A DNA stretch of 64,000 nt, from the NCBI GenBank assembly GCA_977018835.1, contig OZ361256.1:3720001-3784000 (forward strand). Reading direction: 5' to 3'. Source of the DNA: Minutocellus sp. GHC0000111 (lineage: Eukaryota). Positions 24,234 to 36,800 of this stretch are shown here, piece by piece (position 1 is the first letter of the stretch; every line of letters begins with the position of its first letter). The notes below the pieces were generated by a model. The model worked only from the letters and a program-made list of their open reading frames with translations. It searched no databases and was not told the origin of the DNA. The position numbers and the translations under genes were made by a program.

Positions 24234-26612
24234 CTACACTCCGATACTTCGGAACTGAACTCTATCTACCGACCAGCGATAGGATGGGGGCGATAATCTC
24301 CTTCCCCGTGGCTGTTGGCCCAGTGCTGTGCCACGACCACGCGATGGGCTAGTAGTAGCGGTGGTGGTACTTCGATCATCTCGGACCAGTGCCACATCGA
24401 TCAACGCGTAGTCACCACTCTTTCGCAAAGATCCAGGCATAACAAGTTTGACGCCATCGGACTCAAAGACACGAGGTTGGTTCGCGTTATCTGCCTCCTC
24501 CAAACGTCGTCGACGAGAACGGCGCCGAGACTGCAGTGGTGGAGATGCCAATTTCAGTAGTACTTGACTGTTGTCGGATTCCTGGCGATGGTTATTCCCC
24601 CCAGTCGACATGGAAAGTAGATCGCGATATGCGGCTGGAATATAAGGCTCTTTGCCATTCCCTTCACCAACATCGTTGTTATCAACGACATCGGAATCAC
24701 CTGTCGGCAAATATAGTTGTCTCAAACTATCTTCTTTGTCTCGCTTGCCCCTCCTCTTGCAAGGAATGATGTTGCGCTCGTTGTCACCGGGAAGATTTGT
24801 AAGAACAATGGCCTGTGATGGTCTGGTCGCCAGTAGGCTTGATGAGAAGAGGGCTGCATTTTTCGACGGCGGAGCCAGGCTCAAGAGAGCGTCCAGAGTC
24901 CGAGCATACCGACCCTGATCGAACTCGATCGTCGTTGGAACACCGGTGGGCCGACGACCAATATCTCTCGCCAAGCCGGCAACGCCCAGACCAGGACCCA
25001 ACTGTACCCATCTTCTGTGGACGTTGCGGGAGTTGGGAGTGAGTCGCTTGTGTGGCGTGAGCTCCGCTTCTGTTACGAGGTCGCCGCAAGATGTACCACT
25101 TTCCTCCGAACGCTTCTCAACCACTTCTTCTGGCGGCTGCTGACTAGAACTCGGGGGGACTATGCTGAAATCATTCGCACTTGCGCCGTTTGTTGCAGTG
25201 ACACCGGTGAGAGCTCCAAACTGTCTGCTAATAGCCCCGGCCGATCTCGGCATGTTTCTCGCCCGTGCCGTTTGGAGGGAATCACGATGGAACGAAAGGG
25301 GGTCTGTGTCGCTATCTAAAGTGGTAGTGCTGTCCTCCATCATGACAACCGAACGCCTAGCAAATCTATCCCTACTCGCGGCAACATCGTGTTTCTCTCC
25401 AGAGAAGGCTGCTGATTCGACTTCTGCGTCCGTCTTTCGCCCGAATAAACTTGGCGGGTCTCCTTGACCAGGCACGTACAGGACGCGACAAACAATGTTC
25501 TCCAACTGCGCCAGCGTTGACGTGATGACCCCCTCATGCGACGCATCCAGTTCGGGACGGAAGGCGAATGCACGATTGTTCGTGGAGCCCCCATCATCAT
25601 TTCCTCCGCCGTAACGCATCCGGCGGTAATGTCGGTCGCACATGTGTGGCTGGTCCGGAACGTGAGGAGTCGACCGGTTGGTCCGATGACCATGATACGT
25701 GTGGGCGTTCCCTGCGTTGGCGGTGCCAGTAGTAGTGCTACCATCGGCGTTGGCGCTGCCTCCGGTCCTGCTGGCCACAAGGGCGGCGCTGAGCTCGGTA
25801 ATAGAAGTCCGCTCACCGGTACGCTCTTGGTAGCCGAAACCACCGGTATTGTCATATCCCCCAGCACCGCTGCTGGTTGAGCTACCGGAACTCGAACTGT
25901 CGTCGTCGCCATTGTTATCGCCTTCACCTTTCCCTTCCTCCGTCTTCTCCGCACTGGAAACGTTATCATGATCGTCTTCACAAGTTAACGACCCGACCTC
26001 GCTGCAGCAGCTGCAACTGGCACTGCTGAGGCTGTCCACATCGCCACCAGCCAGACCGGTGACAATCCTACCACCGCTGCTGACTTCGTTGTTGGACTGG
26101 TAGTGGACGAACGGTCCGCAGGCAATGCAGAGGTCGACCGATCCACCTCCCAGTGGCCGGGTCCGCATCTCGTAGGCGCCGACGCTGAGGTCGTCAGCTC
26201 CACTATCGCTGCCGGTATCTTCCGAATAATCACTCTCACAATCATCGTCAGTATTGCGCTGATGCTGGTGTCGTGCCCGGCTTCCCCTCCGACGGTTGTG
26301 ACGATGTCTCGTCCCTCCCAGCTCCGTCCGCTCGATGTCCTCTCGATCCTTCAGGGCATATTCCGCCAACCGCGCGGCGCTGCGCAGATCGACATCGGCC
26401 ACCGCCAGGATGCGAATGGTCGGTGGCTTGGGCGGGGGCTTGGGCGGCGGTGTGCTTGGCGATGGTGACTGCGGCAGGGCCGTCCGGGGCAGAGGGAGGC
26501 GGGACAGGACCGCCTCCTCTCGGCGACGCTGTTGGGCGGCGGTATCATTATCCTCCTCCGACGACTTCATACTAGTAGCAGCACCGAGTGCACCACTCGC
26601 CCCGGTGTCCAT
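24234..26612 (-). CDS. Hypothetical protein; degenerate metallophosphoesterase-like core with low-complexity inserts
   Basis: 792-aa ORF containing IRILAVADVD, VDLCIACGPF and LENIVCRVLYVPGQGDP. Confidence 0.55.
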   Translation of the reverse strand: MDTGASGALGAATSMKSSEEDNDTAAQQRRREEAVLSRLPLPRTALPQSPSPSTPPPKPPPKPPTIRILAVADVDLRSAARLAEYALKDREDIERTELGGTRHRHNRRRGSRARHQHQRNTDDDCESDYSEDTGSDSGADDLSVGAYEMRTRPLGGGSVDLCIACGPFVHYQSNNEVSSGGRIVTGLAGGDVDSLSSASCSCCSEVGSLTCEDDHDNVSSAEKTEEGKGEGDNNGDDDSSSSGSSTSSGAGGYDNTGGFGYQERTGERTSITELSAALVASRTGGSANADGSTTTGTANAGNAHTYHGHRTNRSTPHVPDQPHMCDRHYRRMRYGGGNDDGGSTNNRAFAFRPELDASHEGVITSTLAQLENIVCRVLYVPGQGDPPSLFGRKTDAEVESAAFSGEKHDVAASRDRFARRSVVMMEDSTTTLDSDTDPLSFHRDSLQTARARNMPRSAGAISRQFGALTGVTATNGASANDFSIVPPSSSQQPPEEVVEKRSEESGTSCGDLVTEAELTPHKRLTPNSRNVHRRWVQLGPGLGVAGLARDIGRRPTGVPTTIEFDQGRYARTLDALLSLAPPSKNAALFSSSLLATRPSQAIVLTNLPGDNERNIIPCKRRGKRDKEDSLRQLYLPTGDSDVVDNNDVGEGNGKEPYIPAAYRDLLSMSTGGNNHRQESDNSQVLLKLASPPLQSRRRSRRRRLEEADNANQPRVFESDGVKLVMPGSLRKSGDYALIDVALVRDDRSTTTATTSPSRGRGTALGQQPRGRRLSPPSYRWSVDRVQFRSIGV

Positions 26613-27167
26613 ATTCTATGTGCCCGGCAATATGAATGGGTCGGTCGTAAGCAATCACTTTCTCCGCAAGCCAGCGACAAGATACTAGGCCTAGACTAGT
26701 AATAAGTGCGGAGGCCCACACGCGCGACTAGCTACGTTGCTAGACGTCGGCTGCCACTCTGCTCTGCCTCTCGACTGGAACCTGCCTGACCTCGGCAGCG
26801 ACGAGTTGTTCGGGCGTATTATTATGCAGTTGAGTCAACCAGCATGGAAGCGGAACGGACGGCCTTGTTTTATGTTACTTTTGCACTCCTCAATCAACAT
26901 TTATGGGTACCATAGTCTCAATCTCAAAGTATAGGAGTACTTATCAGGAGATGCTCTTCTGCGTTCGCCGTTCGCCACCTCGCTGCTGCCTGCTGCTGCG
27001 GGGCGCTGATGTGCGTGCTGCTGATGATACACTGATGATACTGCCGATGCGGTCATGCCGAGGCCGAGATCTTTTCGATCTTGGCCTTGTGTTGTGTTGC
27101 GGCCCATCCTCATTCTCAAGATTGCAAAACCACAATACAATTGTAAGCATAACAATTGCCGAGCAAC

Positions 27168-29507
27168 ATGACGGGCGTGCCGTTCAGCGAAAAGTACGAG
27201 GACAACAAGGTGGGGAAGTGGAAGGACCACTACGTCGACTACAGCGCTATATCCAAAATCTTGGTTGAGGTCAAGAAGATCGGCGCAGCGTACGAGGCTT
27301 TGGCCAAGACCAGACCGGATGTAGCGGCTGAGTTTGAGCTGTTCGCCGAGGGGGCTCACATGTCGGGGCTCGGTCTGGGCACTGTGGCCGAGGAGGAATC
27401 AGAATCCCTGCTGGGCGTGGGTGCATCGGGCGGTGGATATGGCAGTGGCGGAGATGTGGAGGCCGACGGCAACTCACGCGAAGCCTTCAGGGCTCAGCTG
27501 GCCGAGCGCAAGCAGGCGATTGATGACATTGCCGACAAGGTCAAGTCAGCTCTTTTGGCCGAGCGTGACAAGGCCGCCAAGTTTTATGTTGGCGAAGTTG
27601 CGGTGCTGGAACATCGGCTGGAGTTGCTCATCAAGACCGTCCAAGGGAACTACGAGATGCAACCCGATCCAGAGAAGCGCAAGAACAGACGTGACACGCT
27701 GATACTTACGAAATCTGCAAGAACTCTTCTCGGTGAGAAGCACGACGTCAACGTCATCATCGACGAGGATGATGATGTATCTGGTCATGCAGTTTCTGTC
27801 AACAATGTAGTGAACGAAATGGCCAGCATTAAGCGCGCTCTGGTGGATCTGAACCGTCAAACACAGCTCCTGTACAACTTCTTCATCATGAATTACAGTG
27901 CCCTGGCGAATTTGGTCAAGCGTTTCAATATTACTGTTCCTCGGCACGAGATTGAGCTGCGCGACATCATCCCTGACCACTACGATGGACGGAAGACAAT
28001 CAGTCTTACCGATCGAATTGTTCGAGTGTACGCCAAGTGGTTTTGTGGCAATGATGTGCGACAGGCCAATGCACAGATGCTTGCAAAGAAGGGTGATGTC
28101 CTAGAAATGGATTGGACTCAGCTTCGGCTTGGATATCGTCTCGGTATCTGCTTCACTCTCATGGTATGGCTGTGCTTCGACTGCTTGTGGAATCTGTTCT
28201 CGGAGGGACAAGTGACTCTTGGCGGTAGATCAGCTTTCCCGGTCTTTCGGGCTTGTGGTGGCTTGCTAATCTGGCACTGGTGCTGGTCGGGCGCTACCTT
28301 TGTCTGGCGACGATATCGAATCAACTACATCAATTTATTTGATTTCAATCCTCGGATAGTCCAAGATCCTGCCACCTAATTTGATGATTGCGTCGACGAA
28401 ACAATCGTGTTCCTTGTCACGCTTATACTGTACTACAAAACGTCGACGCACACCATGCCAGAATGGTTCCCTCCGGGCATCTATCCAGCCTTTCTCGTCC
28501 TCTACACGATTTGGCACTTTATCTTCCCGCTCAAGCAGCGGAAGCCACTGTGGCTTGCCATGGCCCGCGTATGCACGGCCCCACTTACCAGCCCATCATT
28601 CTTTCACACATACGTTGCTGACGTGTTTACCAGCATGGTCAAAATAATGCTGGATCTACTGTGGACCATCTGTTTCATTGTCAGCGGAGACTTTCTTATC
28701 CCCGACACCATTGACAATGCCAATGATAGTCGTCATCAATGGCAGCACTCACGGTGGTACAAGCAAATCCTCGTTCCCATCATTTGTTTGTTCCCTCTCT
28801 ACATCCGTCTGATGCAATGCCTCCGAAAGTTCAGTGATACAGGAGACCGCATTCCCAATCTCCCAAATGCATTTAAATATACAATGTCCCAGGTTGTGAC
28901 ATTATTTGGCGCCTTCTTTCCCGTACTAAATTTGCGATGCCACAAAAGTAGCAACTGCACTCACCTGAGCGGCTTCCAGATAACGTGGCTTGCCATCTTT
29001 GTCTTCTCTTCAACGTACTCGTGGATTTGGGACGTCAAAATGGATTGGGGCTTGGGACATAGGAAGTACAATTGGCTAGGACCTCGACTTATGTTTCCGT
29101 CGGTGCTTCATTACTATGGTGTTATGGCGGCTGACTTAGTTCTAAGATTTATGTGGATGCAGTCTCTAATCCCTCCTTCGTCTGGAGCTCATTTTGAATT
29201 GCCGGCATATCTAACATTTTTGAATATGACCCTTGAGCTTATTCGAAGAACGCTTTGGAGCTTTTTCAGACTGGAAAACGAACATCGTGCCCGCACTAAA
29301 CATTACGAAGAGCAGCACGAAGATGTCAACTTCATTCCATTCCATTTTGCTACTGTTCAAGAACACAAGTACAAGCGACGTAAGAAGCGCGTAGGAAAGA
29401 GAGTGCTTGTGGAGGTGCTCACGGTGGGATTGGCTGTCTTTATTACTTGCATGTTGGTTGTTATCGCAGCACAGAAGGTGAGACTAGCTCAAGAACAAGA
29501 GTTATGA
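27168..29507 (+). pseudogene. SPX-EXS phosphate exporter (XPR1/SYG1/PHO1 family) with an in-frame TAA at 28377-28379
   Basis: SPX: KWKDHYVDY, NYSALANLVKRFN. EXS: RYRINYINLFDF, ADVFTSM, PNAFKY, WDVKMDW, RRTLWSFFRLENEH. Both ORFs are in the same frame. Confidence 0.92.
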
Positions 29508-29522
29508 TAAATAATTATCAAC

Positions 29523-30515
29523 TTAGCTTATCGACCACGTTGTTGTCTGCTGCTCTAGCCATATATCAAACCTGGAATCAGTGTAACTCATTATGACGGG
29601 GGGAGAATACTCAAGTCTAATGCCAGCATCACGCATTCGTTCGATCCTCGGTCTGATTCTCTTCTCCAGCGAGTATGCCAATAGGGCCGGTTGGTAGGAA
29701 ACGAAATAGCTAAGCTGAGACACTGACAGGTCTGCCCCATCGTCGCTCAGTAGGAACTGCACAGTCGGTCGAAGATTGCCATCCAACGATACACCCAGCA
29801 GCTGCGGGTACGTAACTAATATATCCCGTAGTTCTCCCGCGCTCAGCTCCAGAGTTTGTTGCAGGAATTCCATTTTGGGCACGACATTTTCCTCCGATAA
29901 CCAGAACAACGGGGGATATTGGGAGGCAATCTGAGAAAGGTCGGCCCACCGCTTCAGCTTGAGCTTCTCAGACATGAATTTCGCCCTTGGCTTGAGAACC
30001 CTCGCATTTCGAAAAATCTGTGGATAACGTACAACGATCCATTTCCACTTATTGCTGCCAATCTCGTCTCTGAAAAAGTCAATTGCTTGACGCAAAGTGT
30101 TTTCAATGCTGAGCCCCAGGCATGCAGGATAGGTCATTAGCATCTTGGTGTATTCATCCTTGCCCAATCCACATTCTGACAAGAAGAAGTCGGTCGTCTG
30201 CTCAATATTGGTCGACGTATATGTCAGCACCGATGGCGATTTTTGGATCAATTTCTTGGCCTGATTTTTCGACATGATCTTGCGCTCCTCGGTCAGAAAA
30301 CGCAGTATATGCTCTGCATTGTCGACAATATGTTGTCGCTCAAAATTCTTGGACGGGGTGGATCGGATGAGCTTCTGAGTTTGCTTCACCGTCATCCCGA
30401 GAGCGTCACTGAGTTCAGCGACCGTGGCAGGGTCCGACGCTGGCGATTGTGTGCATGCAAAGAGCAAGGCCAGCGACAGCGCAAGAGATCGGTGGCTAGG
30501 TCGTCGGCGTTTCAT
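29523..30515 (-). CDS. mTERF family protein
   Basis: Repeats YPACLGLSIENTLR, YPQLLGVSLDGNLRPTVQFL and QPALLAYSLEKRIRPR; N-terminal signal-like segment. Confidence 0.9.
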   Translation of the reverse strand: MKRRRPSHRSLALSLALLFACTQSPASDPATVAELSDALGMTVKQTQKLIRSTPSKNFERQHIVDNAEHILRFLTEERKIMSKNQAKKLIQKSPSVLTYTSTNIEQTTDFFLSECGLGKDEYTKMLMTYPACLGLSIENTLRQAIDFFRDEIGSNKWKWIVVRYPQIFRNARVLKPRAKFMSEKLKLKRWADLSQIASQYPPLFWLSEENVVPKMEFLQQTLELSAGELRDILVTYPQLLGVSLDGNLRPTVQFLLSDDGADLSVSQLSYFVSYQPALLAYSLEKRIRPRIERMRDAGIRLEYSPPVIMSYTDSRFDIWLEQQTTTWSIS

Positions 30516-31041
30516 CAGATCAGATTATTGACAAATTGTTGTGTGAACATTTGCAAATTGCTCGTTTTGCGACGGGTGAAGGACAGACCGAATTTTGTGC
30601 TCCGCTCTCGATCTCGCTCGGCAAAACCAGTGCCAGCTTCGGTGAGTGAATTGGTCCAAGACCGGTTGGCCGTGGAGGATATTGGGCGAATCCATGCCGC
30701 AACACATTCTTGCGGGCATTGTTGGCATCATTTTGTGGGTGCTGGGCCGAGGGTGTGGCGGGGAGGCGACCATAGAATATGTTCTACGGTGGTCACTACC
30801 AACGGATTTTGTGCTGGCCGCGTTGGCATGTGGCATGCATGTGGTGGATCATTCAACAAGCATGATAGCTGTCTCACCCCATCTCTATTCACTCTTCTTT
30901 TTTCCGGAATCACTTTTGTGGATATGCTTTGGCTCGTTGGTTTCGGCTCGCTTTGGTGTTTGGTCTGTCGACATCACATGCCGCCTGTCGCAGAGCCTTG
31001 AGTTGTGTTTGCGCAGAAAGGCAGAAGAAGAAAGAATCAAC

Positions 31042-31299
31042 ATGGTGCACTTTGACGGTCACGAGGTTGCCATCTTGGGCTCAGTGAGTGGATTCTACGG
31101 TATCACTCGAGGAATATACGGCAAGGGATGGATCAAGTCGATGATTCAAAGACAACCGGTGGTGGCCATGAGTGTTGCCCTGGCGACGGTGGGTGTGGCG
31201 ATGCCGGTGTTCATTCCCCCCATCCGAAGGAGATTGGGCCTCCCCACCAACCAGTATGATGCGTCCATGCCCGGAGTTGTCTATCCCAAGCTGGAGTAA
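31042..31299 (+). CDS. Small membrane protein, likely complex I 9.5 kDa subunit (NDUFA3/NI9M-like)
   Basis: 85 aa, one TM: QPVVAMSVALATVGVAMPVFIPPIRRRLGLPT. Confidence 0.6.
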   Translation: MVHFDGHEVAILGSVSGFYGITRGIYGKGWIKSMIQRQPVVAMSVALATVGVAMPVFIPPIRRRLGLPTNQYDASMPGVVYPKLE

Positions 31300-31935
31300 G
31301 GAAGCTATATATGATTGAGATACGTGTGCAGAGAGATATCGGTACCGGCAGCAGAAAAAGACGAGAGGGGGGAAGGCAAGAAACAGAGAGAACCAACGCG
31401 TCCGTCGGTCACTTGTCTTTCTTTCAGTCGATGGAAAACGCAGCAAATTGTAAAATAATATCAAATACATTGCACTTGGAGCGTATTCAGAGACTCGGGG
31501 TGAAGCAGGAACATGGAGGGTTTTAGAGTCTGGGGGGAAGGCTTTGCCAATGTCGAGAAGTCGCGGGACTAATATCCGGGATTAAAAAAGCTTCAACGAA
31601 AACTGGCGAACTGGAAGTGGAGTACCATGGTATCGTGGTCGGCGTGCATGACTTCTTCCTTGCCTGCCGTTGCCGCGCTACGTAGCTAGCTACGAGCTCG
31701 TAATTGAGTTGCCGCTTACACGCCAGTGTTGTCAATGGCCCATTACTGCGGTTAGGTCAGGAGATTTCGCAGCATTAACAATAACGGGCGACAACGAGAA
31801 TTACAACGGCCACGACGCCACGACTGCTGGTATTACAATCGAATTGTACAATCAAGTCATCGTACACGTAGGAGTGAGCGTCCATTTTTACGACGTGAAA
31901 AAAGGCCAAGGGAACGGGAAAGCGACTGATTGATT

Positions 31936-32403
31936 ATGTCCAACCCTGGGATACGTAGCCGACACCGGGCGGAGCGGTCAAATCTGTTTGGTGATGACGC
32001 GACAAATGGCGTCGCTGACGCCGCCACGCCGTCCCGACAACAACGCCGAACACGCAACCGGCACACCAGCGCACGGAAGGCACCGCCCAAGCCATCGGGT
32101 GCCCAGGAAGCCAGCAGCATCGTGGAGTCGCTTCTGCGGACCAAATCCGCCATGAAGCAGGATCTGGAACGACTGTCCCACGTTACCGACGCCATCGATT
32201 CCGATGGTGCCATGCTGAAGGACACGCAGGAGAGTCAACTTGGCTTGGGTGGGTTGGCCAAGGGAGCGCGGGGAGCGTTGAGGTATTTGCAGGCCCAGGA
32301 GCGGAGAGAGACGGTAGTCCTGTGGGCGGCTGTGATATTCTTCTACTTGAGCGCATTGTATGTGTTTTGGACCAGAGTTCGCATACCCTTCCTCCTCTGG
32401 TGA
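31936..32403 (+). CDS. Sec20-like tail-anchored SNARE
   Basis: SIVESLLRTKSAMKQDLER coiled coil and C-terminal TM LWAAVIFFYLSALYVFWTRV. Confidence 0.7.
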   Translation: MSNPGIRSRHRAERSNLFGDDATNGVADAATPSRQQRRTRNRHTSARKAPPKPSGAQEASSIVESLLRTKSAMKQDLERLSHVTDAIDSDGAMLKDTQESQLGLGGLAKGARGALRYLQAQERRETVVLWAAVIFFYLSALYVFWTRVRIPFLLW

Positions 32404-32582
32404 TACTTGGACTAGAGCTTGCTATATATGATTTCCTCTACACAACACCTCTACACAACACATATACGTTTGCATGCGACATGATTTGCAGAACATACAC
32501 CGAGTACGTCGCTGGTTATCGGCATAATCTGCAAACATTTGGTGTATGCAGACACTCCTTTGCAATATCCTCCTAGTCTAGC

Positions 32583-32652
32583 TAGTATGGAACATACAAA
32601 TAAATCATCATACTAGCTATAGTATGAAACATACAAATAAATCATCATACTA
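32583..32652 (+). repeat. Tandem duplication with ~37-bp period
   Basis: tagtatgRaacatacaaataaatcatcatacta occurs twice. Confidence 0.9.
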
Positions 32653-32722
32653 CGTAGCTAGTATGCGTAGGCAATTATTTTATTTTTCTTTTGGCCATCG
32701 CTCGCGCGGTAGATTCGTGGGT

Positions 32723-33574
32723 CTAACCCGCCCTTCTACGCTTACCCTTTCTGGCACCAGTATTGGTTGTGGCAGTGGCGTCACCGCCATTCGTTTCTCC
32801 GCTAGCAGCAGGTTGCTTTCCCTCGTCGTCATCGTCGTTGCCGTCGTCGTCCTCCATTCCCAACTCCTCCTTCTCGAGTCGTAGGAATTCCTTTAATACA
32901 TCTCTCCGTTCAATGGCCAGTCTCATCTCCACCTTGGCCGCGTACATATTGTTCTTCTTCTCCCGCGCTTCGGTCTCGGACTTGGCCGTTTCCTCGTTAT
33001 TATCAGCGGCTGATTCTGCTCCTGCATCTGCCTCTGCCGTGTCCACTTCATGATTGCTGTACGCCACGACCTTTTCGGCGTGCGGACTCAGCAGCGCATG
33101 GACCCTGGCAACCTTGTCGAGATAGTCCTCCCCATTCTTCTTCCCCAGCTCCGCAATCTTCTTGGCTGCTGCCGTTGTAGCCGCCGCTGTGTCGGTATCG
33201 GCATCGTCGCCACCGCCAGTAGCAGTCGACGCCCCCTCCTTGCCGCTGGCCAGATCTGAAAGCGCCGATGCCGTCTCGGACGCCAGCGCGATCATCCCCA
33301 GCACCGTCGCCTCCGCCTCGTCGAGGTCGGCGAACAGCTTGGCCTGCCTCTCCGTCCGCACCCGCTTCTTGCTGGCCTTGGCCGCCGCCGCCGCCGTGTT
33401 CGCTGCTGTGGCTTCGGCATCGGCCGAGGAGGACGCATCGCCGGCGGCCGATGGCGGTTTGAGCTTTGCGAATTTTCCCTGTCTGCCGCCACCGCTGGCA
33501 GCACCACCGCCAAACTTGCCCCCCGGTCGCGAGGCGGCAGTGCCGCCGTTGCTACCTCCGTTGGCCTTGGTCAT
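32723..33574 (-). CDS. Hypothetical nuclear protein, possibly Mediator subunit 11-like
   Basis: Helical core LDEAEATVLGMIALASET..YLDKVARVHALL..NMYAAKVEMRLA; C-terminal basic NLS. Confidence 0.45.
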   Translation of the reverse strand: MTKANGGSNGGTAASRPGGKFGGGAASGGGRQGKFAKLKPPSAAGDASSSADAEATAANTAAAAAKASKKRVRTERQAKLFADLDEAEATVLGMIALASETASALSDLASGKEGASTATGGGDDADTDTAAATTAAAKKIAELGKKNGEDYLDKVARVHALLSPHAEKVVAYSNHEVDTAEADAGAESAADNNEETAKSETEAREKKNNMYAAKVEMRLAIERRDVLKEFLRLEKEELGMEDDDGNDDDDEGKQPAASGETNGGDATATTNTGARKGKRRRAG

Positions 33575-33823
33575 CTTGGCCACCAGGCAGCACAAAATGA
33601 GTGAGGGCCTCGAGCCTCGAGCGATCGAGCGACCTGCGCATGCGTTCAGATTTCGTCTGGCCGTCTGTCCAAACCTGACTTTGACTGCTCATTTTTCGGC
33701 GCTACAGCTGGAGACCCGAAGAGGAGGCGTATCGTACCGTCGGTCCATTGTAGAGATAGCCATAACCTACTAGCTAGCTAGATACGTCGCAAGTCAACAA
33801 GGAGCCAGGACACCGTTCCAAAG

Positions 33824-36800
33824 ATGAAGCTGGCGGAGGAGACGGACTCGAAGCGGATCGAGGCGGTCTCGCTCTACCGACCCAAGCTCGCCGCTTCGTC
33901 CGGCGCCTCGGCGGCGGGCAAGAAGAAACGCTTCCAGGTTCGCCTCTACCACATCCTCTTCGCCGCCGCCTACGTCTATCAGGTGGGATGGGTCGTTTCG
34001 ACGATCGGTCGGCCCTACCGCGAGTTCCTGGAGAAGGTCGATCGCGAGGGATTCAAGGGTAAGTCCGTTGTGTGTCCTTGCGTCGAGAGTGCACCTCACA
34101 CCCGCCCAGTATTAAATTGTTGTCTTCGTCATTGTTTGCCCTCACTAACATCTGCAATGTGCTTCGACCGTTCTTTCCGACCTGCCGCAGTCATGGAGGG
34201 CACCAACAAAATGCGAGCCGAGCTGGAGCACGCCCTGTCGGACATCAATGATCCGAACCGTCCCGCCGACAAGATGGGGTGGTTCGATTGGATGAGCATG
34301 GACATTGAAGAGCACGCCGAGCGCAAGAAGCGCGAGAAGGAAAAGTCGGTGCTCGACTCGCTCCCCAAGAGTATGCGCGTGCCCGGTAGGCATGCCCCGT
34401 CGTTCATGCCCACCCTCCTTCTCGGTATTTTGGTCACCCTCAATGCCCTCGTGGTCCTCATGCAGCATTGGAGTGTGGCGTTCAATGTTTGGTTGAACTA
34501 CAAGGAGGTGGCGGCTGAGTCGGTCGTCATTCCCGAGGATATGATGGAGGTGGACCTTGACGAGGATGAGGAGGAGGGGGGAGATGGTGGAAAAGCATCT
34601 GGAGGCGGAAGGAATGCCAAGGGTTCCAAGGTTGCCAAAAGTCCTGGAGATATCATCCTGAAGCGAGCCGAAGAGTCCGCCATCCCCTCCAATCTGCCAA
34701 CTCATGCACGTGTATCGCCCGCCGCTGGCAAGGATGTGCTGGTGCCACTGCTCTATCTGCCCACGTTGGGTATGACGTTTGAATACCATCGGCGCCGTTA
34801 TGCCTACGATGCAGATGCGCGAGTGTGGATCAAGATCCGGTGCCGGACGACCATGCCGACATCATTCTTCACAGACTGGGCTGGATTTACTTCCGATGAT
34901 CAGATCACGGCCTCGCACATTCGATACGGACGCAATGTCTTCGATGTGAAGCAACCGACGTTCAAGGAGATGTACAAGGCTCAGCTGCTCAGTCCGTTTA
35001 CCGTCTTTCAGCTGTTCTGCGTCGTTTTGTGGATGCTGGACGAGTACTGGCAGTATTCGGCGTTCACTTTGTTCATGATTTTGACTTTTGAAGGTACTGT
35101 GGTGTTCTCGAGACTCAAATCTATGAGCGCTCTTCGTGGAATGGGTAACAAGGCTCGGCCAGTTTTGGTTTATCGCCTGGGTCGATGGATTGAGGTGGAT
35201 AGTTTCGATCTGCTGCCAGGTGACATTCTGAGTCTCACCCGTCACAAGCCTCACTTTGACAAGGGCGATGGATCCAACCAAGCGCTCAAGGAGAAGACGG
35301 CTCAGGCCGCGGCTGGAAAAGGCAAGGTGGAAGACGAAAGTGGTGACGTTGTTCCGGCTGATATTTTACTTCTTCGCGGCACTTGCGTTGTGAACGAGGC
35401 TAGTTTGACCGGAGAATCGGTGCCACAAATGAAGGAGGGCCTGAGCGACATTGTTGAGGGCGACGATCTCGCTATGAAGACCAAGCACAAGACGCATGTT
35501 CTCTATGCTGGAACAAAGATGCTGCAATGCAAAGGCATCGAGACCGTGGAAGCCGAAGAGGAGTCCTCTGATGAAGACGAAAGTGGTACAAATGGACCCA
35601 GTGCCGATGTTGGTGCTGCCATGTCAGAGAAACTGTATGGCTCCATTCCAAAACCACCAGACGGTGGATGCCTTTGCTTCGTCCTTCGGACTGGATTCTC
35701 GTCGGCACAGGGCAAGCTAGTTCGAATGATCGAAGGCTCCCAGGAGAAGGTCAAAGGCCACGAGCGCGAAACTGGTCTTCTCTTGCTTATGCTCTTCTTC
35801 TTTGCGTTGGCCTCTGCGTCCTACGTTCTTTATCACGGTATGCATGACGAGAATCGGTCCCAGTTTGAGCTGCTGTTGCATTGTATTCTTATCATTACCT
35901 CGGTCATCCCTCCGGAACTTCCAATGCAAATGGCGCTAGCAGTAAACAATTCACTCATGACTCTGATGAAAATGCAAGTATTCTGTACCGAGCCGTACAG
36001 AGTTCCCATCGCAGGCAAGTTGGATTGCTGCCTGTACGATAAAACTGGTACACTGACTACGGACGAATTGGTTGCTGTGGGTGTTCTGGAGGCCCGCTCC
36101 ATGAAGGAGGATGGATCTGCTGATGAGGACCAGCTCACCGCCATGACCAAGGTTGCATCTGAATCGGCTCTTGTCCTAGCTGGTTGCCATTCGTTGGTAC
36201 TTGTTGACGGCGAAACCACTGGCGATCCCCTGGAGAGCGCAGCTTTGAATGCCATGCGATGGAGCCTTGCGAAGGGCACCGAAAATGTTGTCCCCAGCCC
36301 TGCTACTGAAAAGAAGGAGGAAGGCAAAAAGATCCATGCTTCAAATGCGACCGTATCGGAACTTGATGTTCTCGCCCGTCATCATTTTAGCTCCAAACTC
36401 CAGCGCATGAGCTGCGTCGTTAGGGACGTGACCAATCGGCGAACATTTTCAGTTGCCAAGGGTTCTCCAGAGGCCATTGGAAATCTTCTAGCTCAGAAAC
36501 CGAATGGATATGATGCCACAGCCAAAACGCTGGCCAAGAAGGGATACCGAGTTATTGCCTTGGCGTACAAGTTGCTTGGTGACAGTAACCAGGTGGAACA
36601 GGCGAAGGATGCACGCGCACAATGCGAGGAAAATCTCATCTTTGCCGGCTATATTGCATTTACCTGTCGAGTCAGGAGAGATACGAAGGCTGTCTTGCAA
36701 AAGCTAAAGCAGGGCGGCATGCAGGTTGCCATGGTCACTGGTGATGCTCTCTTGACGGCCGCGCACGTTGCGAAAGAGGTTGCCATCTGCGATACTAACG

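Noticed and set aside
30243..31041. Long ORFs upstream of the small complex I-like gene
   Set aside because: Non-ATG starts, partly antisense to mTERF, and no protein-like motifs; probably non-coding
32583..32652. CRISPR-like repeat
   Set aside because: Only two adjacent copies, no spacers, and a eukaryotic context
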